Assembly: GCA_965198175.1 (NCBI GenBank)
Contig: OZ240245.1
Coordinates: 1,440,001 to 1,504,000, forward strand
Reading direction: 5' to 3'
Origin: Candidatus Poribacteria bacterium
Lineage (GTDB): Bacteria; Poribacteria; WGA-4E; PCPOR2b
Length of the DNA stretch: 64,000 bases
Shown here in pieces: positions 1 through 8,203 of the stretch. Position 1 is the first letter of the stretch. Each line of letters begins with the position of its first letter. Made by a program: the position numbers and the translations under genes. The notes under the pieces were generated by a model. It did no database searches. It was not told where the DNA came from and saw nothing but the letters and a program-made list of their open reading frames with translations.

Positions 1-111
1 ATGTAGCGTAACCCAACGTTTTTTGAAACGTTCCGGCAACAGACCGGCGAATGGCAACACCAGAACGATCGGCACAAGAAAAAGCCAATGACATCGTTCG
101 GGATTTGGAGC

Positions 112-163
112 GCGGGGAAGACTATCGCCTTCGCTATTCGCTCAGTTGATCGTTGGGTTACGC
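112..163 (+). repeat. Dispersed REP/MITE-like element (GAAGACTATCGCC...CTATTCG...GTTGATCGTTGGGTT family)
   Basis: Related sequence recurs at ~412-487, 646-721, 7841-7904, 21551-21630 (inverted) and 22678-22724, always intergenic. Confidence 0.75.
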
Positions 164-249
164 TCTGCGTATTTTGTCAACCACACCGATCGGCGATCGG
201 AACGTTAATTCCCGTAGGAGGGGTATTTGAGTTATCCGCTTAACCCAAC

Positions 250-717
250 CTACAAGAAATTATCCGGTTGATTGATGTCAACCCAACTTCTCTGCAAACA
301 GCGAATGATTATGTGGTCTCTTAATCATAAAGCCCATCATTTAATCATACAAATCACAGTTCAGACAGTTTTTGGAAATTTCGGAGAATTTTGGTAATTG
401 GAATCGGTACGGAGAAGACTATCGCACTCACTATTCGTTCGCTTGATCCTTCGCTATTCGCTCAGTTGATCGCTCAACCCAACCTACAAGAAATTATCCG
501 GTTGGTTGATGTCAACCCAACTTCTCTGCAAACAGCGAATGATTATGTGGTCTCTTAATCATAAAGCCCATCATTTAATCATACAAATCACAGTTCAGAC
601 AGTTTTTGGAAATTTCGGAGCGTTTTGGAAATTGGAATCGGTACGGAGAAGACTATCGCACTCACTATTCGTTCGCTTGATCCCTCGCTATTCGCTCAGT
701 TGATCGCTTAACCCAAC
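250..717 (+). repeat. Tandem direct duplication, 2 x 234 bp
   Basis: Units 250-483 and 484-717 both start CTACAAGAAATTATCCGGTTG and differ at about 6 positions. Confidence 0.95.
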
Positions 718-765
718 CTACAAAGGCAACTACAAAGGCAACTACAAAGGCAACTACAAAGGCAA
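718..765 (+). repeat. Tandem repeat (CTACAAAGGCAA) x4
   Basis: Four perfect 12-mers read directly. Confidence 0.97.
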
Positions 766-1093
766 GGAAAATTACAGTTTTTACAGTCCTTAAAAAAAGG
801 GGTGAATACGAGACAACAACAATACCATTTTATTATGATTTGGGGGGAGGTTGTCAAGGCGGGGGGATTGTGTGGGAATTTTTATGAAACCGGATTTCGG
901 GGAATGCGTATTTTTGGGTACGATGTCAGGTATAGGATCTCGTTGTCGAAATATGGCGGCGGGCGTCCAAATAACTATTGACAGATGTTAAAATCTGTTG
1001 TACTATGAGAGTAGATTCCGAGGACGGATGTCGGGGCGGTTTCGGCTGGGACGAGCGGGGACGAAAACCGCGAAAAAAGTCGGAAGAAAAGTC

Positions 1094-1122
1094 TTGACAA
1101 CTTGCGGAATCTGTTATATTAT
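1094..1122 (+). promoter_or_regulatory. Sigma70-type promoter upstream of giant surface protein 1
   Basis: TTGACA (1094-1099), 17-bp spacer, TATTAT (1117-1122). Confidence 0.7.
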
Positions 1123-1304
1123 AGTTATGTGTTGCGGCAGGATTGCGCGGCGAGTATGTCTCGCGTTCGTGCGGCGGCACCGGGCTTCATTCTAGACAGC
1201 TATTCTCTAGAGGATCAACAAACGAAACCCTCCAGAGACACGTTTTGAGTGAGGACAACATTTCAGTCAGTGTGTGGAGGGTGTTTCAACCCTCTCGAGT
1301 GAGT

Positions 1305-1340
1305 CCCGAAACCCGATGTGAGCGGTTTCGGGGTTTTGTT
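1305..1340 (+). terminator. Leader hairpin with U-rich tail (possible attenuator)
   Basis: CCCGAAACC (1305-1313) pairs with GGTTTCGGG (1324-1332), followed by GTTTTGTT. It lies between the promoter and the start codon. Confidence 0.55.
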
Positions 1341-1474
1341 GATTCTGTTATGATTTAGGAAAGGAACGACTACCAATTATGGATAGTACAACTAAGGCTT
1401 GCGAATCTGGCAAGCGAAACAAAATCAAATTTAATCCTTCAACATACAAACATGCAAGGAGGAAACATACAGTC

Positions 1475-4400
1475 ATGTTGAGTAGAATTTCGAAAATGAG
1501 TGTTTTCGGTATCGTTGCGCTTATGCTCGCGTTCGGGCTTGCCACTACAGATGCCTTGGCGCAGAAGGGCACCGTAGACGTTAGGGTGGATACTGCAACG
1601 TTTCCAGCCGCTTCCGAGCAAACGCTGACGTTTACGGTGGACGTCACTGCCGAACCGACAGATCCCGACGCCGCTGGCGTGGTAAGAATCTCCATTCCCA
1701 GCGTCTGGAGCAGACCAGTCAATTCGGACGATGCGGCGGTTGCTGACATCGCGGTCGGCGAGGTGTTCATTGTCGAAGCCGATGGCATCACCGGTACGGT
1801 CACCGGTCGCAACCTTGTGGCGAACATCGGGAAAGACACGACGAATCAGATTACGTTCGCCTTCAAAACCATCACGCCGCACCGCATGGGCACCTACACC
1901 ATCCCGGTGACTTCGTCGCTCCATGAAGGCGCCGCTGCTATAACGATTACCATTGGTGCGGTCGCAGCCGGCTCGGGCGCGTACACTGTCACGAGGACAA
2001 ACGGGTCGCTCTACTTTCAGGCACCCGACGATCCTCAAGACCTAGATCCGCCGTACCAAGGCAAGTATATCGCCTTTAGCAAAGACGAATTCAGAAACCT
2101 CGTGATACGGTTCACCGCGCCAGGTACCATGCCGGGGAATTCCAGGGTTTCTCTTACATCTGTGGGGTTTGCACGCTTCAACGTTGCCTCGGACGTGATC
2201 CTCAGCGGCAATGCGGACAAGTCGTTCAGCGACGACGGTCTGACTGTGCATGCGACGCTTAAACCCAGCGGGCTACAAAAGGGAGGTGTCATTACCTTCA
2301 GCATAACGAGTTACAACGCCCCTGAAGTTAATCCGGAAGCCCAACCAGCAGCGGGTGCTATTGAAGAGGGTTTTACGATTACCGTACAAACCGACATTGA
2401 CCCTGACGGCTCCGCCGATGACTCCACAGCGCGGCCTGATTCACCGGAGACGGTTGGAATGGTTTTTGACCTTATCACCACCAAACCTGCCGGTACGGGT
2501 AAAATCGTGATCAGTCGTGATGGCAGTCCTCTCACGCACAGTGTGGCGGGCACGGAATTCGATATCGCTACCGCTGCAGCAACGTTGAGCATTAGCTTCG
2601 CGGAGTTTGTGGGTATCGGCGACGGCAGTAAATTCGAAATTACTGTTCCGGACGGTTGGCCACAGCCTCTCGCCCTCCTCGCGGGCGCCGCAGCTCGGGA
2701 CGGTGGTGTGTCGAATGCGGAAATTGAAGGGCGCGTCCTCAAGGGCAATCTTAACAATGACGCTCCGAATGAGACGACCGCCATAACTTATTCCGTGGCG
2801 AAAATTCCCGCCGCGGGCTCGTATACGTTTACCGCGAAAGCCACCGCCGGTCCGCACACCTCCCTCGCACCGATCGCCGGTCACATAATTGAAGTTGTCG
2901 TCGCTGACGCTACAGGCTCGGTTGCCCTGTTGACGAGCGGCGGCGCGCCGGTGACGCAGGCGTCACCCAAAGCCGCGCTCGGGAATCTCCGGTTCGTCTT
3001 TACCCCCGCCGGACGCATGGCGAAAGACGCTATGGTCACGATTGCCGTTCCGATGACTGATGGCTCCCCAGCCGGTTGGACCGCGTTCCGTGAGGATAAC
3101 GGCGACGGTCAATCTGATCCAGGTGAGGTTTCGGTAGTAGGCACAAAAGCCACCATGGTTGTCCTCCCGGGGCTGATTACGTTGACCGCCACCGAGGCGT
3201 GGACACCGGCTGACAGGATTACCGTTAACTACAGAATGGTGAGTGTGCCCGATGTCGCTGCAGCCACGTTTACCTATCAGGCGCAGGCAAAGTCGCACCC
3301 GGGTGGAACGCTGGCGAATATCGGCAGTCCCAACATCGGTATTGGCCGCTCCCCCGATGGCGGCGGTACGCTTGCTCTCAGTGCTACCCAAGCCGATGCC
3401 GGTTCCTTGATTGGCAATCTGACCGTCACCTACACCGCCGCCGGCAAGATGGAAGCCGGTTCGGAGGTTGTGGTCACCATTCCGCCCAACGGCGATTGGC
3501 CCGCGCCAAACGGACTCGGACGGGTGGAGTTGAGCGCCGGTACCCTATCCACCACAGAAACGACGATGACCGCCAACACCGATGTCGAATTGAATACCGG
3601 CGATACCATCGTCTTTACCTACAAAGCTATTACTGCACCGGTTGATGGCGGAACCTACACCTTCACCGGTAAGTCGAAGTCCTCACCGACCGGCACGCTA
3701 ACAGCGCTCGGGTCCGGCGTGACGGTTACGATTGACGAAGTCGCGGCAGGTGCCGTGGCGCTGAACGGGCCGGAAGGAGCCTTGAGTTCCTCCGCTCCCG
3801 GTATGGCGCTCGGGAACCTAAACTTCGTCTTTACCGCCGGTGCGCGTATGGAAGTAGGTTCCAAGGTGACGGTAACGATTCCTGTCGCGTGGACACCCGC
3901 CTTCCTAGATAACAACGACGGCGTGGATTCAGCCGGCGAGTCGTCTCTCGCGGGCGCAGCCGATTTTGTCGTCTCCGGCGGCGGCGGCACCCCCTGGGTG
4001 TTGACCGCAACCACGAACGCTATCCTCGAAAGCGGCGATACTCTGATGTTTACCTACAAACAGGTGACCGCCCCTTCGACGGAAGCCACGTATCAGCTCA
4101 CCACGATGGCGTCCACCTCTGCGGAGGGCAAGTTGCTGCCGGTACAATCTCAGCCGACAATCGTCGTGAGAGAGCTAGTTACGGCTATCGCCCTGACATC
4201 CGATCCGTCCAGCGTTTTCACGGGCGGCGAGATTGGACTCTCCGTGACGCTCTGGGCAGGAACCGCGGCGGGTAGAGCCCTTGGCGGCGTCGTAATCGAC
4301 CTAGACGATGGTGACGCGGGCGGTACGTTTACGCCAGCCATAATCACTATTGGGGATGCTGGCCACGAAGGCACCGCCACCTACACCAATGCCACTGCGG

Positions 4401-7400
4401 GTGACTACACCATAACCGCGACAGCGGGCGACCTAGAACCCGTTACGGTTAATGTCGAGGTCAAGTCCACTATTCGCGACCTCTCGGTGAATGGCGAAAC
4501 AGAGATGGCGCTACTGGCCCAGGGTTCAAGTATCATGGTGCGCGCCACCGGTCCTGTAGGCGGCGGTACTGTGACGATTCTCGATTCCGACGGCGATAAG
4601 ATCGGTCTCAAGAAAGCGCTTGATCCGGTCGGCGAACCCGATGCCGACGGCGATCAGATATACTCACGTTCCGTTGAGCTGCCTGATGTCCTTGCGGACG
4701 GCATGTATACCGTTAGCGTCGAGATTCAGGGCGATGTCAACGATTCGTTGACGATCCAGGTCGTGAACGACCAAGATCCGCCGACGTTGAGCAACGCGAG
4801 TGTGTTGCCCACAACAGTTGCGAACGGCACGCTGCTTACGCTTACCGTGAAGGCTTCCGCTTCAAGCGCGAGTAATCCGGTTGAGTCTGTGATGGCAGAT
4901 GTGAGCGCGGTCGATTCGACGCAAACAGATATGCTTGCGTTGACGGCGCAGCCGGGTACGGACAACACGTATTTCGCCATCCACACGGTTAGCATGGACA
5001 ACACCAATAATAAGGACGGCGAAAAGACCGTTACCTTCACGGCGACTGATCGGATTGGTAACTCCAGCACGGCGACCGCATCGGTCACGTTGCAGAACGA
5101 CGTTACTGCTCCCGAGTTGAGCGATGCAAGCGCTATGCCTTCGCCAACCGGCAACGGTAGTATGGTGACGATCTCCGTTAGCAGTGAATCCGGTTTGACC
5201 GTCATGGCTGATGCTTCGGCAATCGGAGGCGGCATGGTGGCGCTGACCGAGGGTACGGTTGACGACGGCATGGATGCCAACGGTAACGGTAATGGTATGG
5301 ATGCCAACGGCAACGGTAATGGTATGGATGCCAATGGCAACGGTAATGGTGATAATGGCATGACCGATACCGCAATGCCTGCCGGCAACGGCGTGTACAG
5401 TGGAACGGTCACGGTCACCGATGCTGCAGATGGCGATCAGACGATTACCATCACCGCAACCGATGGCTCTGGCAACGAGAGCAGCGTAGACGTAACCGTC
5501 ACAATCGACAACACGGGCGCGATGCTGAGCGATGCGAGCGCCGAGCCGTCGATGGCGACAAACGGTATGGAGGTTACCCTCTCCGTTAACGGTAGTGAGT
5601 CCGGTCTCACGGTGATGGCGGATTCGTCAGCAATCGGAGGCGGCGCCGCAGTTGCGTTGACCGATGATGATGGCGATAACGTCTATACAGCAAGGGTTAT
5701 GGTTACCGATGCTGAAGACGGCGAGCAGATGATCATGATTTCCGGTACCGATGCGCTCGGTAATATCGGCGAACCGGTTTCGGTATCCGTTACTGTCGAC
5801 AACACCGCGCCGACGCTGAGCGATGCGAGCGCCGATCCTGCGGAAGCTGTCAACGGCGACATGGTGACAATCTCTGTGATGGGCGGCGAATCCAGTCTCA
5901 CGGTAATGGCAGATGCCTCTGAACTAGGGGGCGAAGCCGAGGTTGAGTTGACTGAATCTGCCGATACGGTAGGCAGCTATAGCGGCAGCGTCGAAGTGAA
6001 CGTCGATTCTGGCGGTGATAAGATGGTTTCAATCACTGCAACCGATGCGCTTGGTAACGCGAGCGAGGCTGTAACCGCCACGGTTAGCGTGCACGAGGTG
6101 ACAGGCGTTAGCTTCTCACCCGCTCAAGTTAGCACGGGCGATACCGTGACCGTAACCGCGATGGGTACCGCTGGATTGACAGCGACGTTCAGCGTCTTCG
6201 ATGCGGATGCTATGAATATTGTCGATGGGAAAGCGATGACGGAATCGACCGATGGCGGAACTTATGAAGGCAGTTTCGATATTGTTGTCGATGCGCATCC
6301 GACCGGTGAGTATTGGGTGTCTGCGAGCGTGGGTAAGGCTAGCGGGACCGCTGAATCCGCTCTCACTATTGACCATAAAGCCCAGTTCACCCTCTCAATC
6401 GCGGCGGGTACGCACGCGATTCACGTCCCGTTGGATGTTACCCATATTGATGGGGAAGCGGGAACAATCGAGACCGTTGGTGACCTGTACGATGCGCTCG
6501 GCGAATCGGTCAACTTCATCATCACGCTCGGCGCTGACGGTAACTGGATGAGCTACCTCGGCGATATGAGCGCGGGCAGCATGGCGGACGCGGAAATCGG
6601 CGACGATACCGGTCTGATTGCTGTGATGAAGAACGCTAAGACGCTCGAACTAACAGGTAATGCGTTAGGTACCGGCGGCATTTCCCAGATTAGCATTGAA
6701 ATAGGGAACAACCTCGTCGGTGTACCGCTTGATCCAGCGATAGACATGATGATTAGCGGCGCGCTAGTCGAAGGGGTCGCAGCAATCGCGGTCTCCAACG
6801 CTGCTGGCGATGGTTTCCACACGATTACGGAAGCCGGTCAGGACGGCGACGGTCCTCTCATGGGCGGCGTCGGTTACATTGTTGTCGCAACCGCGGCGGC
6901 AAATATCCCGATTGTCGGTTCAGCATGGGAGAACGAAGGAGCCCCGATGGCAGCGCCTGCAGTGGCGTTCAGCGGTTCGCAGACGCCGGTACTGCATGTT
7001 GACGGCGGCGTTATGGACGAGTTCGACATGTTGGCACAGATTCCGGAATTGCGTGTCACTGTGAGAAACTTGTCTACAGGCGCCTCGGTCGACAGCGTTC
7101 TCGGCACGGACGAGTTGGCGGCAGCGTACAGCGCGACGTTTGTTGAGTTCGGACGCCACGCAGCGAAGGTGGGCGATGTGCTGGAGATAGTAGCGCATTC
7201 ACCGAACCCGTACGTTGGTGTGCGACCGGTTCCGCAGATTGTTATTAGCGCGGAAGAGGTGTTGACGAGCCGTATCAGTCTACCCGACTTGGAGCTCTAC
7301 GAGATTCCGTCGGAGACTGAGCTGTTGGCGAATTACCCGAATCCGTTTAACCCTGAAACGTGGATTCCGTACCGGTTAGCGCAAGCTGCCGAAGTGACGT

Positions 7401-7606
7401 TGGATATCTATGATACCACCGGTCGCTTGGTGCGGACCATTGATGTCGGCTTCAAACCAGCCGCAGTGTACGAATCACGTGCATCAGCGATTTACTGGGA
7501 TGGCCGCAACAACTACGGTGAACGCGTTGCCAGTGGCACGTACTTCTATCACTTAACTGCGGGCGATGATTACGCATCGACGCGCAGAATGGTGATCCTG
7601 AAGTAA
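1475..7606 (+). CDS. Giant secreted acidic Ig-like repeat surface protein with C-terminal FlgD-Ig/T9SS type A-like sorting domain
   Basis: AGGAGG before ATG 1475; Sec signal peptide ending ALA-Q; repeated beta-rich modules; C-terminus LLANYPNPFNPETWIPY...WDGRN...VASGTYFY...RRMVILK. Confidence 0.85.
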   Translation: MLSRISKMSVFGIVALMLAFGLATTDALAQKGTVDVRVDTATFPAASEQTLTFTVDVTAEPTDPDAAGVVRISIPSVWSRPVNSDDAAVADIAVGEVFIVEADGITGTVTGRNLVANIGKDTTNQITFAFKTITPHRMGTYTIPVTSSLHEGAAAITITIGAVAAGSGAYTVTRTNGSLYFQAPDDPQDLDPPYQGKYIAFSKDEFRNLVIRFTAPGTMPGNSRVSLTSVGFARFNVASDVILSGNADKSFSDDGLTVHATLKPSGLQKGGVITFSITSYNAPEVNPEAQPAAGAIEEGFTITVQTDIDPDGSADDSTARPDSPETVGMVFDLITTKPAGTGKIVISRDGSPLTHSVAGTEFDIATAAATLSISFAEFVGIGDGSKFEITVPDGWPQPLALLAGAAARDGGVSNAEIEGRVLKGNLNNDAPNETTAITYSVAKIPAAGSYTFTAKATAGPHTSLAPIAGHIIEVVVADATGSVALLTSGGAPVTQASPKAALGNLRFVFTPAGRMAKDAMVTIAVPMTDGSPAGWTAFREDNGDGQSDPGEVSVVGTKATMVVLPGLITLTATEAWTPADRITVNYRMVSVPDVAAATFTYQAQAKSHPGGTLANIGSPNIGIGRSPDGGGTLALSATQADAGSLIGNLTVTYTAAGKMEAGSEVVVTIPPNGDWPAPNGLGRVELSAGTLSTTETTMTANTDVELNTGDTIVFTYKAITAPVDGGTYTFTGKSKSSPTGTLTALGSGVTVTIDEVAAGAVALNGPEGALSSSAPGMALGNLNFVFTAGARMEVGSKVTVTIPVAWTPAFLDNNDGVDSAGESSLAGAADFVVSGGGGTPWVLTATTNAILESGDTLMFTYKQVTAPSTEATYQLTTMASTSAEGKLLPVQSQPTIVVRELVTAIALTSDPSSVFTGGEIGLSVTLWAGTAAGRALGGVVIDLDDGDAGGTFTPAIITIGDAGHEGTATYTNATAGDYTITATAGDLEPVTVNVEVKSTIRDLSVNGETEMALLAQGSSIMVRATGPVGGGTVTILDSDGDKIGLKKALDPVGEPDADGDQIYSRSVELPDVLADGMYTVSVEIQGDVNDSLTIQVVNDQDPPTLSNASVLPTTVANGTLLTLTVKASASSASNPVESVMADVSAVDSTQTDMLALTAQPGTDNTYFAIHTVSMDNTNNKDGEKTVTFTATDRIGNSSTATASVTLQNDVTAPELSDASAMPSPTGNGSMVTISVSSESGLTVMADASAIGGGMVALTEGTVDDGMDANGNGNGMDANGNGNGMDANGNGNGDNGMTDTAMPAGNGVYSGTVTVTDAADGDQTITITATDGSGNESSVDVTVTIDNTGAMLSDASAEPSMATNGMEVTLSVNGSESGLTVMADSSAIGGGAAVALTDDDGDNVYTARVMVTDAEDGEQMIMISGTDALGNIGEPVSVSVTVDNTAPTLSDASADPAEAVNGDMVTISVMGGESSLTVMADASELGGEAEVELTESADTVGSYSGSVEVNVDSGGDKMVSITATDALGNASEAVTATVSVHEVTGVSFSPAQVSTGDTVTVTAMGTAGLTATFSVFDADAMNIVDGKAMTESTDGGTYEGSFDIVVDAHPTGEYWVSASVGKASGTAESALTIDHKAQFTLSIAAGTHAIHVPLDVTHIDGEAGTIETVGDLYDALGESVNFIITLGADGNWMSYLGDMSAGSMADAEIGDDTGLIAVMKNAKTLELTGNALGTGGISQISIEIGNNLVGVPLDPAIDMMISGALVEGVAAIAVSNAAGDGFHTITEAGQDGDGPLMGGVGYIVVATAAANIPIVGSAWENEGAPMAAPAVAFSGSQTPVLHVDGGVMDEFDMLAQIPELRVTVRNLSTGASVDSVLGTDELAAAYSATFVEFGRHAAKVGDVLEIVAHSPNPYVGVRPVPQIVISAEEVLTSRISLPDLELYEIPSETELLANYPNPFNPETWIPYRLAQAAEVTLDIYDTTGRLVRTIDVGFKPAAVYESRASAIYWDGRNNYGERVASGTYFYHLTAGDDYASTRRMVILK
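5267..5347 (+). repeat. In-frame 27-bp tandem repeat x3 (GMDANGNGN)
   Basis: Three near-identical 27-mers inside CDS 1475-7606. Confidence 0.95.
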
Positions 7607-7628
7607 ATGTTCGCTGCAAATTAACCCT

Positions 7629-7680
7629 TTAGCTGCTAGGCGCGCTTTACTTAACCATTGCGCTTAGCAGCTAATTTTTT
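7629..7680 (+). terminator. Rho-independent terminator
   Basis: TTAGCTGCTAGGCGC / GCGCTTAGCAGCTAA stem followed by a T run, just after the stop at 7606. Confidence 0.8.
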
Positions 7681-7696
7681 GTTTTAGATTGAAATC

Positions 7697-7925
7697 ACCC
7701 CCCTCAATCCCCCCTTAGTAAGGGGGGAGGGAAGAGGATGCCTCCTTAGTAAGGGGGAGGTTGAAGGCATCGTCCCCTTGGTAAGGCGAGGAAACATTTT
7801 AACCTCCCCCCTTACCAAGGGGGGATTGAGGGGGGTAGTAATTCACTCGGTTGATTGTTGGGTTTCGGGGAAGACTATCGCCCTCCCTATTCGGTCGGTT
7901 GATCCCCATTTAGTAAGGGGGGAGA
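7697..7925. repeat. Cluster of CCCCTT-N4-AAGGGG palindromic repeats with an embedded REP-like element
   Basis: About five copies; 7697-7730 and 7803-7836 are inverted copies of each other; the GAAGACTATCGCC family element sits at 7841-7904. Confidence 0.85.
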
Positions 7926-8203
7926 AGAAAAACAGATATCGAGGCTGGGAAGCCTCTCCTACAGATTTTCTGAAAAAAATGGCGGTACGAGGGAATAAAC
8001 AACTTTCAAAACGGTTGTTACTTATGTTATAATAGATATGTTTCGATGGCTTTATAAAACATAATTTCTTATTTTTTTGGTATTTGATTTTTTTTGTTTC
8101 ATGAAGTGGTGTGATTGGTCTTGAGATGGGTCGGTGCGGTGCTCACTTTCCGAAACCCGCATGTGAGCCGAATTGATGAGCGAAATTCTTGGGAGGTTGT
8201 ATA

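Noticed and set aside
506..703. 65-aa ORF in the second 234-bp unit
   Set aside because: The first copy has a stop at the equivalent position, and the ORF runs into repeat DNA.
250..765. Possible CRISPR array
   Set aside because: Units are duplicated in full with no unique spacers, and no cas genes are in the window.
1379..1474. ORF-track starts at 1379, 8189, 19001, 20008, 33292, 38841 and 39846
   Set aside because: Downstream starts have better RBS, signal-peptide or domain boundaries; the 20008 extension overlaps a terminator.
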